Assembly (NCBI GenBank): GCA_947167565.1
Contig: CAMVIN010000001.1
Location: 792-64,791, forward strand
Reading direction: 5' to 3'
Length of the DNA: 64,000 nucleotides
Source: an uncultured Clostridia bacterium
GTDB lineage: Bacteria > Bacillota > Clostridia > Lachnospirales > Lachnospiraceae
Below the pieces are notes generated by a model that was given only the letters and a program-made list of their open reading frames with translations, was not told the DNA's origin and ran no database searches. The position numbers and the translations under genes were made by a program. Positions 12,068 through 20,009 of this stretch are shown piece after piece (position 1 is the first letter of the stretch; every line of letters starts with the position of its first letter).

Positions 12068-12075
12068 TTTCTGAC

Positions 12076-12105
12076 TTGACATTTCATGGTATCCCGTGAT
12101 AAAAT
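12076..12105 (+). promoter_or_regulatory. Putative sigma-A promoter of the T-box/aspS-gatCAB operon
   Basis: TTGACA (12076-12081), an 18-nt spacer, then TGaTAAAAT with an extended -10 (12097-12105). Confidence 0.45.
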
Positions 12106-12111
12106 ACCCTC

Positions 12112-12386
12112 AAATGGCGATGAAGGAAACGAATGCACGTCTATGCGTCAGAACGACAGGGAGAGTTGTCACAGACTGAGAGCAGCTCGCGGGGGCAGCA
12201 GGCAGGAGAACATTCCGGAGTCGGTAGACTGAATTTAGTAGGTCTACCCGGTGAACACCGTTATATGTGTAATGAGAGGGGATACGACGGGGTATCTCAA
12301 CGCGGGTGGTACCGCGGGTTTATTTTGATACTGAATTTTCCCGTCCCAGAATCAGCAGATATGCTGTTCTGGGACTTTTTCTTTTT
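12112..12386 (+). promoter_or_regulatory. T-box riboswitch leader
   Basis: The conserved T-box sequence GGGTGGTACCGCG lies at 12304-12316. A terminator hairpin GTCCCAGAA...TTCTGGGAC (12343-12375) is followed by TTTTTCTTTTT. GA-motif-like GATGA and AGAGA-type elements occur in the 5' part. A perfect stem CGGTAGAC/GTCTACCG lies at about 12220-12250. The leader sits directly upstream of an aaRS gene. Confidence 0.85.
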
Positions 12387-12439
12387 GGGGAAGAATGCAT
12401 TGATCTGCTGAACAATTATTTAAAGGAGATGAGTGCAGT

Positions 12440-13771
12440 ATGGAATATGTAACAGGGAAAACAGAGAAAGAGACGGTCACGGTGGAGCAGATTCTGTCAG
12501 GTGACTATGAGGGAAAAGAAGTTTGCGTTAATGGAGCCGTGCACACGATTCGGGACATGGGAGAAGTTGCATTTGTTGTTCTTCGCAGATACGATGGATT
12601 AGTTCAGACTGTTTATGAAGAGGGAACGGTAAATGTGCCATTAAAGGAATTACACGAGGAGGATGCGCTGGAGGTTCGAGGCGTAGTAGCACGGGAAGAA
12701 CGTGCGCCGCAAGGGTTTGAAATCCGGCTGCGGGAAATTAAAATTCTATCCGAGCCGGAGGAGACTATGCCGATTGCCATCAATAAATGGAAGATGAGTG
12801 CTTCTCTGGAGACGCGATTAGATTTGCGTCCGCTCTCCCTTAGAAATGTTCGGGAACGTGCGAAATTCCGTATTCAGGAAGGCCTTGTGAGAGGATTTCG
12901 TGATTTTCTTTACAGACAGGATTTTACAGAGATTCATTCTCCGAAGATTGGTGCGAGAGGAGCAGAAGGCGGTGCAAACCTGTTTCGACTGGAATATTTT
13001 CATAAGCACGCAGTGCTGGCGCAAAGTCCCCAGTTCTACAAGCAGATGATGGTAGGCGTGTTTGATCGTGTATTTGAAGTGGCACCGGTTTTTCGTGCAG
13101 AGAAACATAACACCAAGCGACATCTGAATGAGTACACTTCAATGGATTTTGAAATGGGGTACATTGACAGTTTTCAAGACATTATGGAGATGGAGACAGG
13201 ATTTCTTCAATACGCGATGGAGCTGCTGCAAAGAGAATATGAGAGAGAATTGTCGATTTTGAAGGTCGAACTTCCGAGGACAGATGAAATTCCGCAAGTA
13301 AGGTTTGACAGGGCAAAGGAACTTGTGGCAGAGAAATATCACCGGAAAATTCGCAACCCGTACGATTTGGAACCCGAAGAAGAGATGCTGATTGGAAAAT
13401 ACTTCAAAGAAGAGTGCGGTGCTGACTTTGTGTTTGTTACTCATTATCCATCCAAAAAGAGACCATTCTACGCGATGGATGATCCGGTGGATGAAAAATT
13501 CACATTAAGTTTTGATCTCTTATTTCATGGACTGGAAATTACGACAGGAGGTCAGCGCATACACGAGTATAAAGTGTTGGAGAAAAAACTTGCAGACCGC
13601 GGCATGTCTGATGAGGGAATGGAACAGTATATGTTGATTTTTAAACATGGAATGCCTCCGCATGGCGGGCTTGGAATTGGTCTGGAGCGCCTGACAATGC
13701 AGCTTCTGGGCGAAGAAAATGTAAGAGAGACGACTCTGTTTCCGAGGGATTTGAGCCGTCTGGAACCATAA
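12440..13771 (+). CDS. aspS: Aspartate--tRNA ligase, archaeal/type-2, probably non-discriminating (aspartate--tRNA(Asp/Asn) ligase)
   Basis: A 443-aa class IIb aaRS. The motif FRAEKHNTKRHLNEYTSMDFEM resembles archaeal-type AspRS (FRAEEHNTxRHLNE) rather than AsnRS. The C-terminus has GMPPHGGLGIGLERL. The gene is followed by gatCAB. Confidence 0.8.
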   Translation: MEYVTGKTEKETVTVEQILSGDYEGKEVCVNGAVHTIRDMGEVAFVVLRRYDGLVQTVYEEGTVNVPLKELHEEDALEVRGVVAREERAPQGFEIRLREIKILSEPEETMPIAINKWKMSASLETRLDLRPLSLRNVRERAKFRIQEGLVRGFRDFLYRQDFTEIHSPKIGARGAEGGANLFRLEYFHKHAVLAQSPQFYKQMMVGVFDRVFEVAPVFRAEKHNTKRHLNEYTSMDFEMGYIDSFQDIMEMETGFLQYAMELLQREYERELSILKVELPRTDEIPQVRFDRAKELVAEKYHRKIRNPYDLEPEEEMLIGKYFKEECGADFVFVTHYPSKKRPFYAMDDPVDEKFTLSFDLLFHGLEITTGGQRIHEYKVLEKKLADRGMSDEGMEQYMLIFKHGMPPHGGLGIGLERLTMQLLGEENVRETTLFPRDLSRLEP

Positions 13772-13801
13772 AAAGATTTAGAACAGAAAGGACAGAGTAC
13801 C

Positions 13802-14095
13802 ATGGCAAATGTAATATCTGATGAGACGATTGAATATGTGGGGATTCTGGCAAAACTGGAACTCACAGAGGAGGAGAAGGAGCAGGCCAAAAAGGATATG
13901 GGGCGTATGCTGGATTATGTGGATAAATTAAATGAATTGGATACCGATGGTGTGGAGCCGATGTCTCATCTTTTTCCAATCAACAATGTGTTTCGGGAAG
14001 ATGAGGTGGTAAATGGAGATGACCACGAAAATATGCTGTTAAATGCGCCGGAGAAGAAAGAAAACACCTATATGGTGCCGAAGACGTTTGCGTAG
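13802..14095 (+). CDS. gatC: Asp-tRNA(Asn)/Glu-tRNA(Gln) amidotransferase subunit C
   Basis: A 97-aa ORF with the GatC-like sequence ISDETIEYVGILAKLELTEEEKEQAKKDMGRMLDYVDKLNELDTDGVEPM, located upstream of gatA and gatB. Confidence 0.9.
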   Translation: MANVISDETIEYVGILAKLELTEEEKEQAKKDMGRMLDYVDKLNELDTDGVEPMSHLFPINNVFREDEVVNGDDHENMLLNAPEKKENTYMVPKTFA

Positions 14096-14110
14096 GAAAG
14101 GAGAAAACAG

Positions 14111-15562
14111 ATGAGTGTGATGGATTTGACGGCAGTACAACTGGGTGAAAAAATAAAAAAAGGCGAGCTGACAGCAATGGATGCGGTAAAAGCGGCCTGC
14201 GACAGAATACAGGAAAAAGAAGAGATGATTCACAGTTTTGTGACGGTGTTGCCGGAAGAAGAAATTATGGAACGGGCGAGAGCCGTTCAGCGACGAATTG
14301 AGAAAGGGGAGTTTGCCGGACCGCTGGCGGGAGTGCCTGTAGCAATCAAAGACAATATGTGTACGGAGGGAATACTCACGACCTGCAGTTCCAAAATTCT
14401 TGAGAATTTTAAGCCGACCTACTCCGCGGAGGCTGTGCGGAATCTCGAACAGGCGGGGGCTATTATTGTCGGAAAGACTAACATGGACGAATTTGCGATG
14501 GGGAGCACAACGGAGACATCGGCGTTTGGTATCACGAGAAATCCGCATAACACGGATTATGTACCGGGTGGCTCCTCAGGCGGCTCCTGTGCAGCAGTGG
14601 CAGCAGGGGAGGTGCCATTTGCGCTTGGCTCAGATACGGGCGGCTCCATTCGGCAGCCGAGTTCTTTTTGTGGTGTGACCGGGATTAAACCAACTTATGG
14701 TACAGTATCCCGTTATGGACTGATTGCGTATGGTTCCTCACTTGACCAGATTGGGCCGGTTGCAAAGGATGTCACGGATTGTGCGACGATATTGGAGATT
14801 ATTTCTTCTTATGACAAAAAGGACAGCACAAGTATGAAACGGGATGATATGGATGTTACCTCTGCGCTGATTCCTGATGTAAGGGGGATGAAAATCGGTA
14901 TTCCAAGAGATTATTTTGGCGAGGGACTGGATGGTCAGGTGAGAAAATCTGTCGAGGATGCCATTCATGTTCTGGAAAAAGAGGGCGCAGAGATTGAGGA
15001 GTTTGATTTGAGTCTTGTGGAATACGCAATTCCCGCATATTATGTCATTGCCTGCGCAGAGGCAAGTTCTAATCTGTCCCGGTTTGACGGCGTGAAATAC
15101 GGGTATCGGACGGAAAATTATGAGGGACTTCATAACATGTACAAAAAGACTCGGTCCGAAGGATTTGGGGCAGAGGTTAAGAGACGTATTATGCTTGGTT
15201 CGTTTGTTCTCAGCAGTGGCTATTATGACGCGTATTATCTGAAAGCTCTTCGAACCAAAGCGTTGATTAAACAGGCATTTGACCGGGCGTTTGAAAAATA
15301 TGATGTCATCCTATCGCCGGCGGCGCCGACAACAGCTCCGAAAATTGGTGAGAGTCTCAGTGACCCGCTGAAGATGTATCTCGGAGATATTTATACAATT
15401 TCGGTGAACCTTGCCGGACTCCCCGGAATTGTCGTGCCGTGCGGCAGTGATGAGAAAGGACTTCCGATAGGGCTGCAGTTAATTGGAGATTGTTTTCAGG
15501 AGAAAAAAATTATTCGGGCAGCTTATACATTTGAACAGGTAGTGAAAGGGGGAAGAATGTGA
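14111..15562 (+). CDS. gatA: Asp-tRNA(Asn)/Glu-tRNA(Gln) amidotransferase subunit A
   Basis: A 483-aa protein with the amidase signature (GGSSGGSCAAVAAGEVPFALGSDTGGSIRQP). It lies between gatC and gatB. Confidence 0.93.
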   Translation: MSVMDLTAVQLGEKIKKGELTAMDAVKAACDRIQEKEEMIHSFVTVLPEEEIMERARAVQRRIEKGEFAGPLAGVPVAIKDNMCTEGILTTCSSKILENFKPTYSAEAVRNLEQAGAIIVGKTNMDEFAMGSTTETSAFGITRNPHNTDYVPGGSSGGSCAAVAAGEVPFALGSDTGGSIRQPSSFCGVTGIKPTYGTVSRYGLIAYGSSLDQIGPVAKDVTDCATILEIISSYDKKDSTSMKRDDMDVTSALIPDVRGMKIGIPRDYFGEGLDGQVRKSVEDAIHVLEKEGAEIEEFDLSLVEYAIPAYYVIACAEASSNLSRFDGVKYGYRTENYEGLHNMYKKTRSEGFGAEVKRRIMLGSFVLSSGYYDAYYLKALRTKALIKQAFDRAFEKYDVILSPAAPTTAPKIGESLSDPLKMYLGDIYTISVNLAGLPGIVVPCGSDEKGLPIGLQLIGDCFQEKKIIRAAYTFEQVVKGGRM

Positions 15563-16998
15563 TGGCAAAGCAATATGAGACGGTAATAGGACTGGAAGTG
15601 CATGTTGAACTGGCAACAAAGACAAAAATATTTTGTGGCTGCTCCACAGAGTTTGGAGGTGCGCCTAACACGCATACCTGCCCCGTTTGTACCGGTATGC
15701 CCGGTTCACTCCCGGTGCTGAATAGACAGGTAGTAGAATATGCCATGGCGGTGGGACTTGCGCTAAACTGTGATATTAACCGATATTGTAAATTTGACCG
15801 CAAGAATTATTTTTATCCGGACAACCCGCAGAACTACCAGATTTCCCAATTGTATCTGCCAATTTGCATCAATGGAAGCGTAGAGATTGAGACCGGTGCC
15901 GGCAAAAAACAAGTCGGCATTCATGAGATTCATATGGAGGAGGATGCCGGAAAATTGGTACACGATGACTGGGCAGATTGTTCTCTTGTAGATTATAACC
16001 GTTCAGGAGTGCCGCTGATTGAGATTGTGTCGGAACCGGATATGCGGAGCGCAGAGGAGGTCATCGCTTATCTGGAAAAACTCCGCACCACAATTCAGTA
16101 CCTCGGCGCATCGGACTGTAAATTGAACGAGGGCTCTATGCGTGCGGATGTCAACCTCTCTGTGCGCGAGGTGGGGGCGAGCGAATATGGTACCCGCACC
16201 GAGATGAAGAATTTGAATTCATTTAAGGCGATTGCAAGAGCGATTGAGGGTGAATATAATCGACAGGTCGAACTTATAGAAGACGGTGGAAGAGTGGTGC
16301 AGGAGACGCGCCGGTGGGATGACAACAAAGAATATTCCTATGCTATGCGCTCAAAAGAGGATGCACAGGACTACCGGTATTTTCCGGATCCGGATCTGCC
16401 GCCGGTTGTCATCAGTGAAGAGTGGATGGAGCGGGTAAGAGAGTCGGCACCGGAATTTCAAGAGGAAAAAGCGAAGCGGTATAAAGAGGAGTTCGATATA
16501 CCGGATTATGACATTTCTATCATAACAGCGAATAAGAAATTGGCGGATATCTTCGAGGAGACAACGGCACTCTGCCATAATCCGAAAAAAGTGTCGAACT
16601 GGCTGATGGGAGAGACGATGCGCTTGCTGAAAGAAAAAGAAATGGAACCGGAAGATATTACTTTTTCTCCGGATAATCTTGCGAAATTAATCGAGCTGAC
16701 AGAAGACGGGACTCTCAACTCTACTGTCGCCAAAGAAGTTTTTTTGAAAATTTTTCAAGAAAATATTGACGTGGAGAGATTTGTGAAGGATAATAGTCTT
16801 GGGACAGTCAGTGATGAAGGTGCCCTGTGGGAGACAGTCAACAGAATTATTGACGAGAATCCACAGTCTGTGGCGGATTATCGAGCAGGCAAAAAGAAAG
16901 CGATTGGATTCTTGGTCGGGCAGACAATGAAGGCGATGCAGGGTAAGGCGAATCCGGGGATGGTAAACCGGATTTTGCAGGAGATTCTGGAAGAATGA
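15562..16998 (+). CDS. gatB: Asp-tRNA(Asn)/Glu-tRNA(Gln) amidotransferase subunit B
   Basis: A ~478-aa protein with the GatB N-terminus YETVIGLEVHVELATKTKIFCGC and a YqeY-like C-terminal domain. Its start overlaps the gatA stop (ATGTGATGG); either GTG 15559 or ATG 15562 is possible. Confidence 0.93.
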   Translation: MAKQYETVIGLEVHVELATKTKIFCGCSTEFGGAPNTHTCPVCTGMPGSLPVLNRQVVEYAMAVGLALNCDINRYCKFDRKNYFYPDNPQNYQISQLYLPICINGSVEIETGAGKKQVGIHEIHMEEDAGKLVHDDWADCSLVDYNRSGVPLIEIVSEPDMRSAEEVIAYLEKLRTTIQYLGASDCKLNEGSMRADVNLSVREVGASEYGTRTEMKNLNSFKAIARAIEGEYNRQVELIEDGGRVVQETRRWDDNKEYSYAMRSKEDAQDYRYFPDPDLPPVVISEEWMERVRESAPEFQEEKAKRYKEEFDIPDYDISIITANKKLADIFEETTALCHNPKKVSNWLMGETMRLLKEKEMEPEDITFSPDNLAKLIELTEDGTLNSTVAKEVFLKIFQENIDVERFVKDNSLGTVSDEGALWETVNRIIDENPQSVADYRAGKKKAIGFLVGQTMKAMQGKANPGMVNRILQEILEE

Positions 16999-17033
16999 TA
17001 TGAGGTCCCATATGAAAAGAAAGGGGTTTCGTT

Positions 17034-17381
17034 ATGGTTGAAATGAGAAGAGAAAAGCGTTGGCCGGTAGAACTTCATCTGGAGATTACCTCGCTTTTTA
17101 AACAGGACAATGTTAGAGTTGAGAATATTAATGCGCCGATTGAGGTGACGGATGTATCCAAAGCGGGTATCGGTTTTAAGACAGAGAGTCTTTTGCCGGT
17201 GGATTATTATTTTAATGCGCGCCTGGTGCTTGCGAAGAAGGATGCGTTGAACTGTGTTGTCCGCATTATTCGTCAGCAGAAGCTGGAGAATGAGCCGGGA
17301 TATTTGTATGGATGCGAGATTGTTGGTGCGGCATCTATTATGGACTATGTGATAAACGATTATGCAGCAACATTGCAGTAA
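17034..17381 (+). CDS. Single-domain PilZ protein (putative c-di-GMP receptor)
   Basis: A 115-aa ORF. RREKR fits the PilZ RxxxR motif and DVSKAGIGF fits D/NxSxxG, with the expected spacing between them. Confidence 0.65.
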   Translation: MVEMRREKRWPVELHLEITSLFKQDNVRVENINAPIEVTDVSKAGIGFKTESLLPVDYYFNARLVLAKKDALNCVVRIIRQQKLENEPGYLYGCEIVGAASIMDYVINDYAATLQ

Positions 17382-17396
17382 TATAGAATAATATGA

Positions 17397-17425
17397 CAAT
17401 CCTGCCCGGATAGGACAGGATTGTT
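17397..17425 (+). terminator. Hairpin after the PilZ gene (weak terminator)
   Basis: A 9-bp stem ACAATCCTG/CAGGATTGT followed by TGTGTTG, which is a poor U-tract. Confidence 0.4.
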
Positions 17426-17459
17426 GTGTTGCGTTACCATTTGATTAGGAGGTATCTTT

Positions 17460-17984
17460 GTGAAAAAATTAGAAGAGTACGTGAGGAGTATTCCGGGCTT
17501 TCCGGAGGAGGGAATTATTTTCCGCGATGTGACAACCGTTTTGCAGGATGCAGATGGTCTGAAACTGGCAATTGACTCGCTCCTTGAATTATTGAAGGGA
17601 ATAGAATTTGATGTCATCGTTGGAACCGAGTCCCGTGGCTTTATTTTTGGAGTGCCAATCGCTTATGCGCTGGGAAAGCCATTTGTGCCATGCCGCAAAG
17701 CCGGTAAACTTCCTTGTGAGACAGTATCGAAGGAATACGATTTGGAATACGGAACAGCGACGATTGAATTGCATAAAGATTCGATTCAGAAGGGGCAGAA
17801 AGTGGTACTGGTTGATGATTTGATTGCGACTGGCGGCACGATTGAGGCCTGTGCTGAACTGGTAGAAGAACTCGGTGGTGAAGTCGTAAAGATTGTCTTT
17901 TTGATGGAACTGGCAGGTTTAAAAGGACGAGAGCGTCTTTCACGCTATGACGTGGAGTCAGTCATCACCTATGATGGAAAGTAG
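17460..17984 (+). CDS. apt: Adenine phosphoribosyltransferase
   Basis: A 174-aa ORF with a GTG start 7 nt after AGGAGG. The Apt N-terminus IPGFPEEGIIFRDVTTVL and the PRPP-binding motif VVLVDDLIATGGT are present. Confidence 0.93.
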   Translation: MKKLEEYVRSIPGFPEEGIIFRDVTTVLQDADGLKLAIDSLLELLKGIEFDVIVGTESRGFIFGVPIAYALGKPFVPCRKAGKLPCETVSKEYDLEYGTATIELHKDSIQKGQKVVLVDDLIATGGTIEACAELVEELGGEVVKIVFLMELAGLKGRERLSRYDVESVITYDGK

Positions 17985-17997
17985 TATTTTGGGAAGT

Positions 17998-18022
17998 GCG
18001 CGGCTGTCAGCCGCGCTTTTTT
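17998..18022. terminator. Terminator hairpin shared by the convergent apt and FliK-like genes
   Basis: A stem GCGCGGC/GCCGCGC with a 5-nt loop is followed by T6 on the + strand. It overlaps the stop codon of the minus-strand gene. Confidence 0.7.
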
Positions 18023-19793
18023 AAGCTCTCAAGTCAAAATTATACCGGGTAATATTCCCAACCGGGGCGTCGGCACCAATAAAATCGTTCACGACATCTA
18101 CATCTTTTTCTTTCAGTGCTAATTCAGAGGAAAAGGCATATCCCTGTTCGTTAATGGCATCACTGAGTAATTCAATATTTTTCTCGAGTAGATTTTTTGT
18201 CTGGTCTGAAGATACAAAGAAATTTGCGGAAACTGCTGTATTTTCTTTGCTTATTTGGATGTCCAGTGTGCCGAGATGATCCATATCCAGATGGAGCAAA
18301 ACTTTTAATTTGTTTGGATCTTTTTTTAATGCTTCCTTCCGTGTCATGACGTAAAGGTCTCCGTGAGCATTTTGATTTTGCAGTTTTAACGGGAGCTGAA
18401 TGTACTGAAATGTTTCATTCATCATTTTCATAAAATCAAGATTGCTATTCATATCAGCCGCATTTCCGGACACCTGAGAAAATACATCTTTTCCGAGAAC
18501 ACGCTCACTGAAAGTGGAAATTTGTTCCAATTGCTGAGACATTTTTTGATAAAGTTCTTCCATAGAACCTTTTTCCTTTAATTGTTCAGGAGAAATCGTC
18601 CAGTTGTTGACGAACTGATTTTTTATAAGAGACTGAAATTCTTTATTTGTCAGTAAGTGGCTCACTTCATCGTTTTCCATTCCCGGAAAATAGGAGCGAA
18701 GCTCTGTTAGAACATCACGAATTGTAGCTGTCCCATCTAAAATTCCCTTTTTTAACTCATCGGAAATCGGATAGTCTGCGAGAAGCCGGGATAAATTCTC
18801 TCTGCCCTCTTCACTTAATGAAAACCCAATTTGCTCATGAATAAAAAAGGTTTCCTCGCTGATTACGGCTGCCTCACCGCTCAAAGAGCTGCTCACGCTT
18901 TCTGAGATATTAGAAAAGAGTTGTCGCATTCTGGATAGAGGGGAGGAAGCCTCGCCTGTACCGGTTAGCTGCTCTTCTGCTTCTGTGGCTGCATTTGCCA
19001 TATTTTCTGTCTCTTCAGCGGAGATGACTTCTCCCGTTTCATCCGTAAACTCTTCGTTGACAATATCCGGGGAGAGTGCAGTCAGTTTCTGCTCGGCTGG
19101 TGAAAGCGCACTGTCCAGAGCAAGATTTATCAGTTCGTTTGCAACATTTTTGGCAAGACGGGGAACCTGGTGCCCAATGGAATTCATCATATCATTGAGA
19201 GAATCTGTAAGAGATTCCATCTTATAGAGGAGTTGGTGTGTCTGGTTTTGGTAGTTACTGAATTGTTTCACCGTTTCCTGTGTCATAGGAAGATTCAGAG
19301 GTTTCATCGTAATGACGGAATCGACATCAGCATCTGCGTACTGGGCACATAGACGGATGTTTGCCATAATATTTTCACGGCTGATAGACTGCTGGTTTTT
19401 TAAAAGACTGCGTACAACATCAATATTGCGGTCGGACTTTGGAAGCCCGGCCTCTTCCAATGCCTGATCAACCGTGTCCTCCATATCCAGAAGATAAGCT
19501 CCGGAAATCGCTTTCATATAAATGGTATTGTTATCGAGGCTGGTAATTTGAAATGCTGCCTTTTGTCCAATAGAATACTGGTTGGCGTCTGGAAGTTTTC
19601 CGGTAAATGACGCACCATCTTCCATGGATAAAGTAATCTGATTGCCGTGTACATCGCTGACTACTCCTTTGAGTGTCTGCCCTTCCTGCAACTGGATAGC
19701 AGAACTGCCGGAGCGAAATGTGCGGGTGCGGGATACAGGTGTCTGCCCGCTGTTGTTCGTATTATTTTGAATAGAATTACTGATGATAGCCAT
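18021..19793 (-). CDS. Hypothetical protein with a FliK-like (flagellar hook-length-control type) C-terminal region; tentative
   Basis: A ~590-aa ORF starting at the internal ATG (MAIISNSIQNN...). The protein is Gln/Asn/Ser/Glu-rich and has no signal peptide or TM segment. The C-terminal block LPLKLQNQNAHGDLYVMT...LLHLDMDHLGTLDIQISKENTAVSANFFVSSDQTKNLLEKNIELLSDAINEQGY resembles the Flg_hook domain pattern. No flagellar genes are nearby. Confidence 0.4.
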   Translation of the reverse strand: MAIISNSIQNNTNNSGQTPVSRTRTFRSGSSAIQLQEGQTLKGVVSDVHGNQITLSMEDGASFTGKLPDANQYSIGQKAAFQITSLDNNTIYMKAISGAYLLDMEDTVDQALEEAGLPKSDRNIDVVRSLLKNQQSISRENIMANIRLCAQYADADVDSVITMKPLNLPMTQETVKQFSNYQNQTHQLLYKMESLTDSLNDMMNSIGHQVPRLAKNVANELINLALDSALSPAEQKLTALSPDIVNEEFTDETGEVISAEETENMANAATEAEEQLTGTGEASSPLSRMRQLFSNISESVSSSLSGEAAVISEETFFIHEQIGFSLSEEGRENLSRLLADYPISDELKKGILDGTATIRDVLTELRSYFPGMENDEVSHLLTNKEFQSLIKNQFVNNWTISPEQLKEKGSMEELYQKMSQQLEQISTFSERVLGKDVFSQVSGNAADMNSNLDFMKMMNETFQYIQLPLKLQNQNAHGDLYVMTRKEALKKDPNKLKVLLHLDMDHLGTLDIQISKENTAVSANFFVSSDQTKNLLEKNIELLSDAINEQGYAFSSELALKEKDVDVVNDFIGADAPVGNITRYNFDLRA

Positions 19794-20009
19794 ATCAGCC
19801 CTCTTTTCTGTGAAAAAATATATAAACACGTTGTAACTTCGCTCATTATATGATAAAATCAAGTCGAAGGCAAGCGCATTTCGGTTTGCTATCTATAATA
19901 TCGACAAAGGAACGATTTCATTTTAATATCACTTGAATAGTTTGAAAAAAAAGTGTATACTAAAAATAATGAGAATATAAACAGATAATAAAGTCAGGGG
20001 GAATGAACA

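Noticed and set aside
12133-12411. A 92-aa ORF upstream of aspS.
   Set aside because: It lies entirely within the T-box leader, spanning the conserved GGGTGGTACCGCG box and the terminator. It has no Shine-Dalgarno sequence and an odd composition, so it is a non-coding regulatory RNA region.
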